Of a DNA stretch of 64,000 nucleotides, positions 38,387 to 46,425 are shown piece after piece. The stretch's first letter is position 1; every line of letters starts with the position of its first letter. Where the stretch lies: the IMG/VR virus record IMGVR_UViG_3300042554_001073; one strand, given 5' to 3'. This stretch comes from a virus. Both the position numbers and the translations under genes were made by a program. Under the pieces are notes generated by a model that was not told the DNA's origin, searched no databases, and was given only the letters and a program-made list of their open reading frames with translations.

Positions 38387-38713
38387 CTAACGCTCAATGT
38401 AACTGAGTGTGTGTTCTGTAGCATAAAGTTGTTGAATGATGATATCACAACCAATCTTAGGGTTACAATCACCACAAGTATAAACGTCTACAGCAGCCTT
38501 ACCTTCCTCAGGCCAAGTGTGAATACTAATGTGACTTTCTGAAAGCAAACAGACTACAGTAACTCCTTGTGGTTCAAACTTCTTTGAGATGGTTTGAACC
38601 ACAGTAGCACCACTAGCAACTGCTGCATTCTCTAGTAGGTCCACAAGACAACGCTCGTCGTCCAAAAGGACAAACGAGCATCCATACAGATTAAGAAGAT
38701 AATGCTTTCCCAT
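38387..38713 (-). CDS. speD: S-adenosylmethionine decarboxylase proenzyme
   Basis: GKH....LYGC, KFEPQGVT...LLSESHISIHTWPE (E-S self-cleavage site), DVYTCG. Confidence 0.93.
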   Translation of the reverse strand: MGKHYLLNLYGCSFVLLDDERCLVDLLENAAVASGATVVQTISKKFEPQGVTVVCLLSESHISIHTWPEEGKAAVDVYTCGDCNPKIGCDIIIQQLYATEHTLSYIER

Positions 38714-38931
38714 TATTCAATTGCTTCGGGGTCTATCCCATATTCGTTGAGTAGTTTATCTATCTTTGTTTGTTGACCCGAAAGTTTTTCAATTTCAAAA
38801 ATAGATGATTTTTGATACTTTTTAATTTTTTTATATTCTTTGATCAATTTATTAACTTCTCTATTTTTAATATAAAGACGAAACTCTTTATCGTCAGCGG
38901 ATTTAGCAAAACCCTTAAAACCTTCACTCAT
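38713..38931 (-). CDS. Hypothetical protein
   Basis: 72-aa ORF coupled to its neighbours. Confidence 0.55.
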   Translation of the reverse strand: MSEGFKGFAKSADDKEFRLYIKNREVNKLIKEYKKIKKYQKSSIFEIEKLSGQQTKIDKLLNEYGIDPEAIE

Positions 38932-39281
38932 CTCTTTTTCTTTTTCTCAGGTTGTTTATATCCCCAAAGTTTAGGGTTCACTCTACCATATCCAAAATCA
39001 ATTTTTTGAACTGCTCCTGGACCATACTTATCATAATACATGTCAAATAGATTTACTCTTTTTGTACATCGAGTCAAATCAATATGAGTTTCACCATCGG
39101 CAATATACCAAATTAAGTATGCGTCACTTGGAAATGAAGAATCTTTTGCTTTAGTGAGAGTTGTTTTTTCTAGAAGAATTTCACATCCATATTCATGTGG
39201 CAGAACAAGTTTTTGATTTTCTGAGTATTCTGCCATTTTTACATCTTCTCCAACAACTACTGTCATGAGCGACCACCCCAC
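38928..39281 (-). CDS. Conserved hypothetical protein
   Basis: Ends IDFGYGRVNPKLWGY; true start probably ATG 39266. Confidence 0.6.
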   Translation of the reverse strand: MGWSLMTVVVGEDVKMAEYSENQKLVLPHEYGCEILLEKTTLTKAKDSSFPSDAYLIWYIADGETHIDLTRCTKRVNLFDMYYDKYGPGAVQKIDFGYGRVNPKLWGYKQPEKKKKR

Positions 39282-39844
39282 TGAATGTCGGGATATGCCT
39301 CTTTAACATTTTCCAAACTTATTTTGTATTTATTGTTCAAAATTTTATCTTTTGTAAGAATTAATACTTCTGCTTCTCTTGGATGTAAACCTTGAAGTAA
39401 ATTAATGAACATCATCTCACGACGAATCGTGCTCAGCGTATTATTTCCACCTTTAACATAATGATATAGATTTTGATACTCTCTGCGAAGAGAAGTGCGA
39501 CCCCTACCATTTAAGTCTTGTCCTGTCGCAGACTCCCCACCAGCAGCCTCTTTTGCTAGATTCTCTGATAAAGTTCCAGAGTAAACAGATTGCTCATCAG
39601 CACTTGCATAAGGAACATCTCCCTCAGGAAGAAGACTGATAACGGTGTCATCAAAGTTCCAAATAAAAATGGTCTTCAGAGAATCATGCTCATAAGTTTT
39701 TAGAACTTCAACTTTCTTAGCGTTGCTTCTTTGTTTAGAAGCAAGTTCTAAAATTTCAAAAACAAAAGGATTTGTAGGAAGAGTTTCGATTGGTTTTTCA
39801 GTCGTCGTCTTCTTCGTCTTCGTCGTAGTCGTAGTCATTTTCAA
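39263..39844 (-). CDS. Conserved hypothetical T4-like phage protein
   Basis: WNFDD.V.S.LP.G.VPY...LRREY..LY.YVKGG...RRE.MFI.LL.GLHP.EAEVL. Confidence 0.7.
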   Translation of the reverse strand: MKMTTTTTKTKKTTTEKPIETLPTNPFVFEILELASKQRSNAKKVEVLKTYEHDSLKTIFIWNFDDTVISLLPEGDVPYASADEQSVYSGTLSENLAKEAAGGESATGQDLNGRGRTSLRREYQNLYHYVKGGNNTLSTIRREMMFINLLQGLHPREAEVLILTKDKILNNKYKISLENVKEAYPDIQWGGRS

Positions 39845-40022
39845 ATCTCACTGCTAAAATTTCGTCTGGTATTACATTCCCATTAACATCAAACATCTCT
39901 GGGTGTGTATAAACTGGTTGAGTTTGGTAGAAGTGTTCTTTTGCCAACCATCCTACTACTCCTCCTACAAAAAAGAACATGATTGAGACCAATGTTCCTA
40001 TGGTTAGAGTTACTGCTAGCAT
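39798..40022 (-). CDS. Hypothetical protein with an N-terminal TM helix
   Basis: Hydrophobic N-terminus; HPEMFD.NG...PDE..AVRF motif. Confidence 0.6.
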   Translation of the reverse strand: MLAVTLTIGTLVSIMFFFVGGVVGWLAKEHFYQTQPVYTHPEMFDVNGNVIPDEILAVRFENDYDYDEDEEDDD

Positions 40023-40041
40023 TTGTCTTCTCCAGAGAGTT

Positions 40042-40266
40042 TTATTTTTTCCTTATGTCGAAGTGAAAGTCGATAAAGAAATGGAACTCTCTGCGGAAGA
40101 GAGAGATCATTTTACCAAACTTCACTTGAAAAGTTTTTGGTTTTTCTGATCTTCTCCTCCTATTGCGTAGTAATAACTCAACACCCCTGTTGATTTGGGG
40201 TTCTGATTTATTTAGTTTGCTTTTTGCGTCGCCCTGGTCTTTTGTCATAACTGTACTTTTGGGCAT
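40042..40266 (-). CDS. Hypothetical basic protein
   Basis: INRGVELLLRNRRR...FQVKFGK; start may lie further downstream. Confidence 0.5.
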   Translation of the reverse strand: MPKSTVMTKDQGDAKSKLNKSEPQINRGVELLLRNRRRRSEKPKTFQVKFGKMISLFRREFHFFIDFHFDIRKK

Positions 40267-40567
40267 CCTCTAATATTCCATGAAGGTAATTTCTAATTTT
40301 TCTTGCTTGTGGCTTTGGAATATGCCCATATCCTTCACGAAGTTGTTTATGAACTTCATCGGAACCACCCTCAAGATAATCATCAAGGTCTGTTACTAAA
40401 CTACTAATTTCGTTAGCCGTTGCGCTTTGAATAAATTCATCAACCTCAATTTTCTTTGTTCCACGAATTTTTAGATAATCATAAAACTTCAACACAAATT
40501 GTCCATTAAAAGCATAATCAATTGCTTTCTCAACATCATTGTAAACTTCGTGAAAATTGTTATCCAT
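40208..40567 (-). CDS. Conserved hypothetical protein
   Basis: YLEGG.D..HKQLREGYGHIPKPQARKI motif; TAATG overlap with glutaredoxin. Confidence 0.65.
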   Translation of the reverse strand: MDNNFHEVYNDVEKAIDYAFNGQFVLKFYDYLKIRGTKKIEVDEFIQSATANEISSLVTDLDDYLEGGSDEVHKQLREGYGHIPKPQARKIRNYLHGILEDAQKYSYDKRPGRRKKQTK

Positions 40568-40803
40568 TAAACTAGGTTTTGCTCCTTAAGATATTGAACG
40601 GTATCTGTACAACCTCCAATATGTTTTTCGTCTACAATCACTTGAGGGAATGTAGAGCCAGTTCCAAATTCTGCATAGAATTCTTCACGACTAAAATCCA
40701 CACCAAGTTTATAAACTACGTGCTGTAGTTCTGCTAACTCTAGCACCTGTTGAACCTTTGTGCAATATGGGCAACCGTCTTTCGAATAAACTGTAAACTT
40801 CAT
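40567..40803 (-). CDS. nrdC: Glutaredoxin
   Basis: CPYC active site; TFPQV; IGGCTD. Confidence 0.9.
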   Translation of the reverse strand: MKFTVYSKDGCPYCTKVQQVLELAELQHVVYKLGVDFSREEFYAEFGTGSTFPQVIVDEKHIGGCTDTVQYLKEQNLV

Positions 40804-40823
40804 AATTGTTATAAAACTGAAAG

Positions 40824-41108
40824 TTATTTAGCGTTAACTGGAATTCCTTGACCTTCAGGAAGCCATACCTGTTGTTGAAGTTCTATTGGTGGTAGTTCTT
40901 CTTTTGCTGCTGGCAAACCTTGTTGTCCTGGAAGTTGTTTGTCTGTTGTTGATGTGACTGTAATCACTTGGTCCATAATAAACTTTTGCTTTCGATAAGT
41001 TCTCTTATCAGGAGCAAAACTAACCATCAACAGTGCGTCATATTCTTCACCACAGTGAGCGATTACCCTACCTGTGGTTTTGTCTGTCACCACCCAATAA
41101 TCATACAT
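40824..41108 (-). CDS. Hypothetical protein
   Basis: 94-aa ORF in an overlapping gene series. Confidence 0.55.
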   Translation of the reverse strand: MYDYWVVTDKTTGRVIAHCGEEYDALLMVSFAPDKRTYRKQKFIMDQVITVTSTTDKQLPGQQGLPAAKEELPPIELQQQVWLPEGQGIPVNAK

Positions 41109-41220
41109 TCTTTTTCTTATGGCTCTTTGTATTATAGGTTTCTTTTGCTGGTCTGTAAAGGTTTGGAAAAGTATCTCTAATAATTTCTGCGAGTTTGTAA
41201 GGTGTCTCAGAAGTAATCAT
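41101..41220 (-). CDS. Hypothetical protein (39 aa)
   Basis: Hand-translated MITSETPYKLAEIIRDTFPNLYRPAKETYNTKSHKKKNV; fills the gap between neighbours. Confidence 0.5.
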   Translation of the reverse strand: MITSETPYKLAEIIRDTFPNLYRPAKETYNTKSHKKKNV

Positions 41221-41221
41221 T

Positions 41222-41383
41222 TCAATATCTTGAGGGTGTGTAGTCAAGGTCTCCGAGGATATCTTCTAGCATTGTACCATACTCTTTGAATCTTTTGTCA
41301 CCAGCAATAAAACATCTTTGACGCATCCATACAGCATCCGCCAGAAGTTTTACCTGGTCTTCTGTGAGTGTTAAGGTTTTCAT
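41222..41383 (-). CDS. Hypothetical protein (53 aa)
   Basis: Hand-translated MKTLTLTEDQVKLLADAVWMRQRCFIAGDKRFKEYG...; GAGG RBS. Confidence 0.55.
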   Translation of the reverse strand: MKTLTLTEDQVKLLADAVWMRQRCFIAGDKRFKEYGTMLEDILGDLDYTPSRY

Positions 41384-41416
41384 TTATAAAAAGCAACCTC
41401 TTTATGTATAAAATCG

Positions 41417-41788
41417 CTAGTATCTAATATTTTTCCTTGGACGATAAGCAAAAAGATTGGTTGGTTTGGGTGGTTTCATCCACTCTTCTATGATGTAAAA
41501 CTTTTCTTCACAATAAAAATCTTGCTGAACATACCACAACTTCCAATGGTCATGTCCTTTAGATTGATTACAAGACTTACAGCAACATACAACATTCCTT
41601 GTAATATCCAATCCACCTTTTGATTGTGGAATAACATGGTCCAGAGTCAAATCTTCCTCCGAACCACAGTAAGCACATTTATGGTCCCAACTTTCTTTTA
41701 TTTGTTTTCTCCATAATCGTTTTGCTTCTGATTGACTTGTTGCGTGTAGATTGAACAAGTATTCTTCAGGCGATTGGAGAGGTCCCAT
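41417..41788 (-). CDS. Free-standing HNH endonuclease
   Basis: CAYCG...LTLDHVIPQSKGG....NVVCCCKSCNQSKG. Confidence 0.88.
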   Translation of the reverse strand: MGPLQSPEEYLFNLHATSQSEAKRLWRKQIKESWDHKCAYCGSEEDLTLDHVIPQSKGGLDITRNVVCCCKSCNQSKGHDHWKLWYVQQDFYCEEKFYIIEEWMKPPKPTNLFAYRPRKNIRY

Positions 41789-41819
41789 AAGTGCTTGCGA
41801 CTTGTAGGTATTTATTTTG

Positions 41820-41900
41820 TCAATAATGATAGTGGTCTGTCAAAGACATGAAGAACATAAACAACCCGAAGAAGATGAAGAAAAGAAGAATTCCAAGCAT
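41820..41900 (-). CDS. Micro membrane peptide (26 aa)
   Basis: MLGILLFFIFFGLFMFFMSLTDHYHY, directly after the psbD terminator. Confidence 0.4.
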   Translation of the reverse strand: MLGILLFFIFFGLFMFFMSLTDHYHY

Positions 41901-41927
41901 AAAAAAAGGAGTTCAGAGAACTCCTTC
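41901..41927 (-). terminator. Intrinsic terminator after psbD
   Basis: AAGGAGTTC-TCT-GAACTCCTT-TTTTT. Confidence 0.8.
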
Positions 41928-41936
41928 TATTTATTT

Positions 41937-42998
41937 TTAGAGTGCGTTGCCTCGCGGTAGAACTTCCTCTGGGAACACAAAGTTCTCATGAGGTTGGTCT
42001 ACTGGAGCCATCCAAGCACGAAGACCTTCATTCAGAAGAATGTTTTTCGTGTAGAAAGTTTCAAATTCTGGGTCTTCCGCAGCACGAATCTCTTGAGATA
42101 CAAAGTCGTAAGCACGAAGATTAAGAGCAAGTCCAATGATACCGATACTAGAGGTCCATAGACCCATGACGGGAACAAAGAGCATAAAGAAATGAAGCCA
42201 ACGCTTGTTACTAAAAGCAATACCGAAAATCTGTGACCAGTAACGGTTAGCAGTAACCATCGAGTAAGTTTCCTCCTCTTGCGTTGGTTCAAAAGCCTTA
42301 AAGGTATTTGCCTGTTCTCCATCTTCATAGAGAGTATTCTCCACAGTAGCACCGTGAATAGCACATAGCAGAGCACCGCCTAGAATACCTGCTACACCCA
42401 TCATATGAAAGGGGTTGAGCGTCCAATTGTGAAAACCCTGAAGAAACAGAAGGAATCTGAAGATTGCTGCTACACCGAAGGATGGAGCGAAGAACCAACT
42501 GGATTGACCCAACGGATACATCAGGAAGACACTGACAAATACAGCGATGGGACCAGAGAATGCGATTGCGTTATAAGGACGGATTCCGACCAATCTAGCA
42601 ATCTCAAACTGGCGAAGCATGAAACCAATCAGGCTGAAAGCGCCGTGTAGTGCCACAAAAGTCCAGAGTCCCCCAAGTTGGACCCAGCGGACGAAATCTC
42701 CCTGAGCTTCAGGACCCCATAGGAGTAAGAGAGAATGTCCGAGAGCATCAGCAGGAGTAGAAACAGCAGCAGTAAGAAAGTTACACCCCTCCAAATATGA
42801 ACTCGCAATGCCGTGGGTGTACCAACTGGTAGCAAAGGTGGTTCCTGTAAGCCAACCGCCAAGAGCGAGATAAGCTGTAGGGAAAAGGAGAAGGCCAGAC
42901 CAACCGACAAAAACAAACCTATCACGCTTAAGCCAATCATCGAGAACATCAAACCACCCCCTTTGTGTAATTGGTTGTTGTAACGTAGATGAAACCAT
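41937..42998 (-). CDS. psbD: Photosystem II D2 protein
   Basis: [14 protein letters not shown]...[15 protein letters not shown]...[10 protein letters not shown]. Confidence 0.99.
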   Translation of the reverse strand: MVSSTLQQPITQRGWFDVLDDWLKRDRFVFVGWSGLLLFPTAYLALGGWLTGTTFATSWYTHGIASSYLEGCNFLTAAVSTPADALGHSLLLLWGPEAQGDFVRWVQLGGLWTFVALHGAFSLIGFMLRQFEIARLVGIRPYNAIAFSGPIAVFVSVFLMYPLGQSSWFFAPSFGVAAIFRFLLFLQGFHNWTLNPFHMMGVAGILGGALLCAIHGATVENTLYEDGEQANTFKAFEPTQEEETYSMVTANRYWSQIFGIAFSNKRWLHFFMLFVPVMGLWTSSIGIIGLALNLRAYDFVSQEIRAAEDPEFETFYTKNILLNEGLRAWMAPVDQPHENFVFPEEVLPRGNAL

Positions 42999-43001
42999 AG
43001 T

Positions 43002-43184
43002 TTACTTTACCTTATCGTAGATTGTAGTGTCACCATAATCGCGGTGAATTTTATATCCAACCACAGCACCTTTGGTATTCATTAGTGCTGGCATAAAAAC
43101 AATAGTGAAGAATACTGCTGGAGCTCCAATAAACAAAACAGCGACGATCACATAATAAGTCAGCAGTTCAGCAATGTCAGGCAT
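43002..43184 (-). CDS. Small membrane protein between psbA and psbD
   Basis: 60 aa with a long hydrophobic N-half; ends 3 nt before the psbD start. Confidence 0.6.
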   Translation of the reverse strand: MPDIAELLTYYVIVAVLFIGAPAVFFTIVFMPALMNTKGAVVGYKIHRDYGDTTIYDKVK

Positions 43185-43207
43185 AATAAAACTTTACATT
43201 AATGTGG

Positions 43208-43232
43208 AAAAGAAAAGGGGTCCGAAGACCCC
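43208..43232 (-). terminator. Intrinsic terminator after psbA
   Basis: GGGGTC-TTCG-GACCCC-TTTTCTTTT. Confidence 0.85.
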
Positions 43233-43254
43233 GAAGGATTTAGTTGTAACTAAC

Positions 43255-44334
43255 TCAACCGATTGCTGGAGCAGTGAGAGCAACAGGAGTTGACTCAGCA
43301 GCAGCAAGGTCAAGAGGGAAATTGTGTGCGTTCCTTTCGTGCATTACCTCCATCCCAAGACCAGCACGATTCAGAACATCTGCCCAGGTGTTGAGCACAC
43401 GACCTTGTGAGTCGATGATGGACTGGTTGAAGTTGAAACCGTTGAGGTTGAATGCCATGGTGCTAACACCAAGAGCAGTGAACCAGATGCCAACTACAGG
43501 CCAAGCAGCAAGGAAGAAGTGGAGTGAACGAGAGTTGTTGAACGATGCGTATTGGAAGATAAGACGACCAAAGTAACCGTGAGCAGCAACAATGTTATAA
43601 GTCTCTTCTTCTTGACCGAACTTGTAACCATAATTCTGCGACTCGTTCTCAGTGGTTTCACGAACCAGAGAAGAAGTTACCAGCGAACCGTGCATCGCAC
43701 TAAACAGAGAACCACCGAAGACACCAGCAACACCAAGCATATGGAAGGGGTGCATCAGGATGTTGTGCTCTGCCTGGAACACAAGCATATAGTTAAAAGT
43801 ACCAGAGATACCAAGAGGCATCGCATCAGAGAAAGAACCTTGACCGAAAGGATAGACCAGGAACACTGCGCTAGCAGCAGCAACAGGTGCGCTGTAAGCA
43901 ACGCAGATCCAAGGACGCATACCTAGACGGTAAGAAAGTTCCCACTCACGTCCCATGTAAGCGTAGATACCAATCAGGAAGTGAAACACAACCAATTGGA
44001 AAGGTCCACCATTGTAGAGCCACTCATCCAGAGAAGCAGCTTCCCAGATAGGGTAAAAGTGCAGTCCAATAGCATTGGATGAAGGAATAACAGCACCAGA
44101 GATGATGTTGTTTCCGTACATTAGAGAACCAGCAACTGGTTCACGGATGCCGTCGATGTCCACAGGAGGAGCAGCGACGAAAGCAACAATAAAACAAATG
44201 GTGGCAGCAAGTAGGCAAGGAATCATCAGAGTTCCAAACCAGCCGACATAAAGACGGTTGTTTGTTGATGTCACCCACTGGGCAAACTGTTCCCAAGTAT
44301 TCGATTGTCGTTGTTGTGAAAGTGTAGCAGTCAT
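43255..44334 (-). CDS. psbA: Photosystem II D1 protein (intron-less, E130 form)
   Basis: NRLYVGWFG...[17 protein letters not shown]...[13 protein letters not shown]; uninterrupted ORF. Confidence 0.99.
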   Translation of the reverse strand: MTATLSQQRQSNTWEQFAQWVTSTNNRLYVGWFGTLMIPCLLAATICFIVAFVAAPPVDIDGIREPVAGSLMYGNNIISGAVIPSSNAIGLHFYPIWEAASLDEWLYNGGPFQLVVFHFLIGIYAYMGREWELSYRLGMRPWICVAYSAPVAAASAVFLVYPFGQGSFSDAMPLGISGTFNYMLVFQAEHNILMHPFHMLGVAGVFGGSLFSAMHGSLVTSSLVRETTENESQNYGYKFGQEEETYNIVAAHGYFGRLIFQYASFNNSRSLHFFLAAWPVVGIWFTALGVSTMAFNLNGFNFNQSIIDSQGRVLNTWADVLNRAGLGMEVMHERNAHNFPLDLAAAESTPVALTAPAIG

Positions 44335-44377
44335 TTGTCGTTAAAGGGTAAGTAAAAAGTCCAGGGGGAACTGGATG

Positions 44378-44452
44378 TTACGTTATTCCCCACACCACCC
44401 TCCAGTGTGGGTATGAGAGACGTAATTTATACTCCCCATAGGTCTCGGTTAA
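44378..44452 (-). ncRNA. Structured psbA 5' leader, PhotoRC-II-like
   Basis: ACCGAGAC...GTCTCTCATA hairpin, then CCCACAC-TGGAGGGTG-GTGTGGG-GAATAA. Resemblance to PhotoRC-II is from memory. Confidence 0.55.
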
Positions 44453-44506
44453 TGGGAGTCGCAAAGATTAAAGAACTGTTACATTCCTTAACCTGTTGAT
44501 GTATTT

Positions 44507-44535
44507 ATCATAGCATTGTTTTGAAACCCTGTCAA
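44507..44535 (-). promoter_or_regulatory. psbA promoter (sigma70 with an overlapping late element)
   Basis: TTGACA-17 nt-TATGAT, with the -10 running into ATAAATA. Confidence 0.8.
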
Positions 44536-44562
44536 TAGGACCAGTTTACCAACCGACCTTTT

Positions 44563-44570
44563 TATAAATA
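44563..44570 (+). promoter_or_regulatory. T4-type late promoter
   Basis: Exact TATAAATA upstream of 44612. Confidence 0.7.
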
Positions 44571-44611
44571 AACGACAAAAAATCTAAATACTTAAAACTG
44601 CTTCTCCCTAT

Positions 44612-44803
44612 ATGCCAAGGGAATGGAACACTCCTAAAAGAGAACCTTGGAATGCACCGATACATAATATTCTAAAAGCAATAGACAATCACACTCAAGA
44701 ATACTTCAAGAGTGGTGATATGTGGCATCTACAAAAAGCAGAAAACTTAAGACAATATCTTGACGAACTAAAGACCTGGATACATAAACAAGAAGGAAGA
44801 TGA
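44612..44803 (+). CDS. Conserved hypothetical cyanophage protein
   Basis: MPREWNTPKREPWNAPIH..LKAIDNH. Confidence 0.7.
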   Translation: MPREWNTPKREPWNAPIHNILKAIDNHTQEYFKSGDMWHLQKAENLRQYLDELKTWIHKQEGR

Positions 44804-44970
44804 AATCAGCACTTCTCATTGGACTCGTGATTATGAGACTCATAACCAATGAGGGATTTTTTAATGAAAATAGAAGACCACAACCAAAACGACAACCAGC
44901 AGAAGTCATTAGATTCATTAGAAGACCTGCCAAAAGAGGTAGGAAAAAATCGTGGTTCTATTCTGAATAA
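44800..44970 (+). CDS. Hypothetical protein (56 aa; hydrophobic N-terminus, basic tail)
   Basis: Hand-translated MKSALLIGLVIMRLITNEGFFNENRRPQPKRQPAEVIRFIRRPAKRGRKKSWFYSE; ATGA overlap with the upstream stop. Confidence 0.55.
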   Translation: MKSALLIGLVIMRLITNEGFFNENRRPQPKRQPAEVIRFIRRPAKRGRKKSWFYSE

Positions 44971-45190
44971 ACTTATCTTTTTTGTCTGTTGTTCCGTAAT
45001 TGGATTTGTTGGTATTAACTTTATTGCTTGTAACTTTATGGTTCCTGGAACCATCAATAGAGCAAATGTAAAAGGAGAATTAAAAAACCCTCCTCCTTTA
45101 GATTGTAAAGAATCCGAAAGAAGAGGATATGAAACTTTACTGACAATCTTAACTACAGTAATTGCGTTAAGAACCAAGTTAGAAGATTAA
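44849..45190 (+). CDS. Putative membrane protein
   Basis: TM segment LIFFVCCSVIGFVGINFIAC and hydrophobic C-terminus LLTILTTVIAL; start uncertain. Confidence 0.55.
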   Translation: MRDFLMKIEDHNQNDNQQKSLDSLEDLPKEVGKNRGSILNKLIFFVCCSVIGFVGINFIACNFMVPGTINRANVKGELKNPPPLDCKESERRGYETLLTILTTVIALRTKLED

Positions 45191-45678
45191 GAACTCCAAA
45201 GTTTACCCTCAGCAGTTCTTCTACGAGCAAGTCCTTTCTCTACATTAGTTCCAGGATTGCGATAAAGATATAAAGCATCAGGAACTTTTGACCATTCCTT
45301 ATTTTTTAGGCATTTAGTAATAGTATTAAAGCCAGAACCACCGTAAAAACTGGCACCAAGATTATAAGCGAAGCTGAGCAGAGCGCCTCTTTGTCCATCT
45401 GTCATTTCTCCCCAATAAGGAATTCTCTGAAGTGATGGAAGAAATCTTTGCTCAAGATCAAACATTAATAGTTTGTCAGCATAATCCTGTGTAATCTTTC
45501 TTCCAAGTTTAAATGGTTGACCATTAAAATCTTTAGTGCTACCCCACCCAATAGTGATAGGAAGTCCACCAGTCAATGGGTCAGGATAAGCATTTAAGTG
45601 ACATCCCTCAAACTCCTTAATTAAATCAACACCACATTGAGGGATTTTAGATTGTGGCGTCGATTCTACTTTTTTACG
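45187..45678 (-). CDS. GH24 (phage lysozyme) domain with no start codon of its own
   Basis: The open frame extends upstream of the track's TTG (45576): LIKEFEGCHLNAYPDPLTGGLPITIGWG holds the catalytic E-x8-D and T; also ALLSFAYNLG and GLARRRTAEG. The frame opens after a TGA at 45681-45679 and has no ATG/GTG/TTG before the Glu. Confidence 0.85.
   Translation of the reverse strand, partial: RKKVESTPQSKIPQCGVDLIKEFEGCHLNAYPDPLTGGLPITIGWGSTKDFNGQPFKLGRKITQDYADKLLMFDLEQRFLPSLQRIPYWGEMTDGQRGALLSFAYNLGASFYGGSGFNTITKCLKNKEWSKVPDALYLYRNPGTNVEKGLARRRTAEGKLWSS
45603..45675 (-). other. -1 programmed ribosomal frameshift signal (A_AAA_AAG plus H-type pseudoknot)
   Basis: Heptamer 45675-45669; 5-nt spacer; S1 TCGACGCCACA/TGTGGTGTTGA (11 bp, 2 G-U); S2 ATCCCTCAA/TTGAGGGAT (9 bp, perfect). 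Confidence 0.82.
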
Positions 45679-46364
45679 TCAAAGATTCTTCCCCAACCAT
45701 CATTGCCTTTGGGGCACCATCTACGTGCTAATTCACTACGTTTATAAACAGCACCTTTACCATTATTTACAGATCCAGTATAACCATCATTCAACGAACC
45801 ATAAGGATCATTGACAACATAATCGCCTGATGGGGTCTTACCAATCACAACTACCATATGCCCACCTGTGGGGTTAGATAGAGGACCGCGATGAAGAATA
45901 CCAATAACAACAGGTCTACCAGCGGCAAGCTCTCTATCAAGATCAGCAAAAGAAAGGCTATAAGAAAAACTGGATTTAATACCGTATGACGCAAGAACCT
46001 TGGTCTGAACCAAGTGATCAGTTGTGTCACCGATTGAGAAAACTTTTTGTACATAGGCGTCATCGCCCTTAGGTCCTTTTAGTGTACCAGGTTTGAAATA
46101 CTCAAGACACATAGCACAAGCAGAAGAGTTACAGGTTCTGTTAGCGTCTCTGTAATTATCTGTCTGTGGATAAAAAGGAACTTGTAAAATACTTGATTGA
46201 GGTTTGTCCTCTTTTGTTCTAAAAATTCTTACCCAATTAGCATCATCCTGTACTAATTCTTGAGCTTTCAGAAGCAAATCTTTTTCAAGTTGCTCTACTG
46301 CCACAACGTGTTTTGGATTTTTTTCGTCGTAGAATTTAAAGAAGTTATGAAGATCTATGAGCAT
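45666..46364 (-). CDS. Peptidase C39-like protein (putative endolysin N-terminal part)
   Basis: LQVPFYPQTDNY...TCNSSACAM (Cys), GGHMVVVIG (His), VNDPYG (Asp); start moved to ATG 46364 because a late promoter lies at 46388-46394. Confidence 0.8.
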   Translation of the reverse strand: MLIDLHNFFKFYDEKNPKHVVAVEQLEKDLLLKAQELVQDDANWVRIFRTKEDKPQSSILQVPFYPQTDNYRDANRTCNSSACAMCLEYFKPGTLKGPKGDDAYVQKVFSIGDTTDHLVQTKVLASYGIKSSFSYSLSFADLDRELAAGRPVVIGILHRGPLSNPTGGHMVVVIGKTPSGDYVVNDPYGSLNDGYTGSVNNGKGAVYKRSELARRWCPKGNDGWGRIFDVKK

Positions 46365-46387
46365 TATACTATCCAAACCCTGCACTA

Positions 46388-46394
46388 TATTTAT
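46388..46394 (-). promoter_or_regulatory. T4-type late promoter of the lysis locus
   Basis: ATAAATA immediately after the peroxiredoxin terminator. Confidence 0.7.
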
Positions 46395-46395
46395 T

Positions 46396-46423
46396 AAAAA
46401 AAGGAGGGTTTTATCCCTCCTTT
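46396..46423 (-). terminator. Intrinsic terminator
   Basis: AAGGAGGG-ATAAAA-CCCTCCTT-TTTTT. Confidence 0.85.
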
Positions 46424-46425
46424 AC

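Noticed and set aside
41942-43926. Several alternative-frame and antisense ORFs over psbD and psbA
   Set aside because: They lie wholly within highly conserved genes and are by-products of codon bias.
43255-44334. Group I intron in psbA or psbD
   Set aside because: Both ORFs are uninterrupted and of normal length.
44941-44952. AGG AAA AAA run as a third frameshift site
   Set aside because: It would need a +1 or -2 shift, is not an X_XXY_YYZ heptamer, and has no evident stimulator.
45187-45576. Track call of a 129-aa lysozyme starting at TTG 45576
   Set aside because: It would omit the catalytic Glu and Asp, which are encoded upstream in the same frame.
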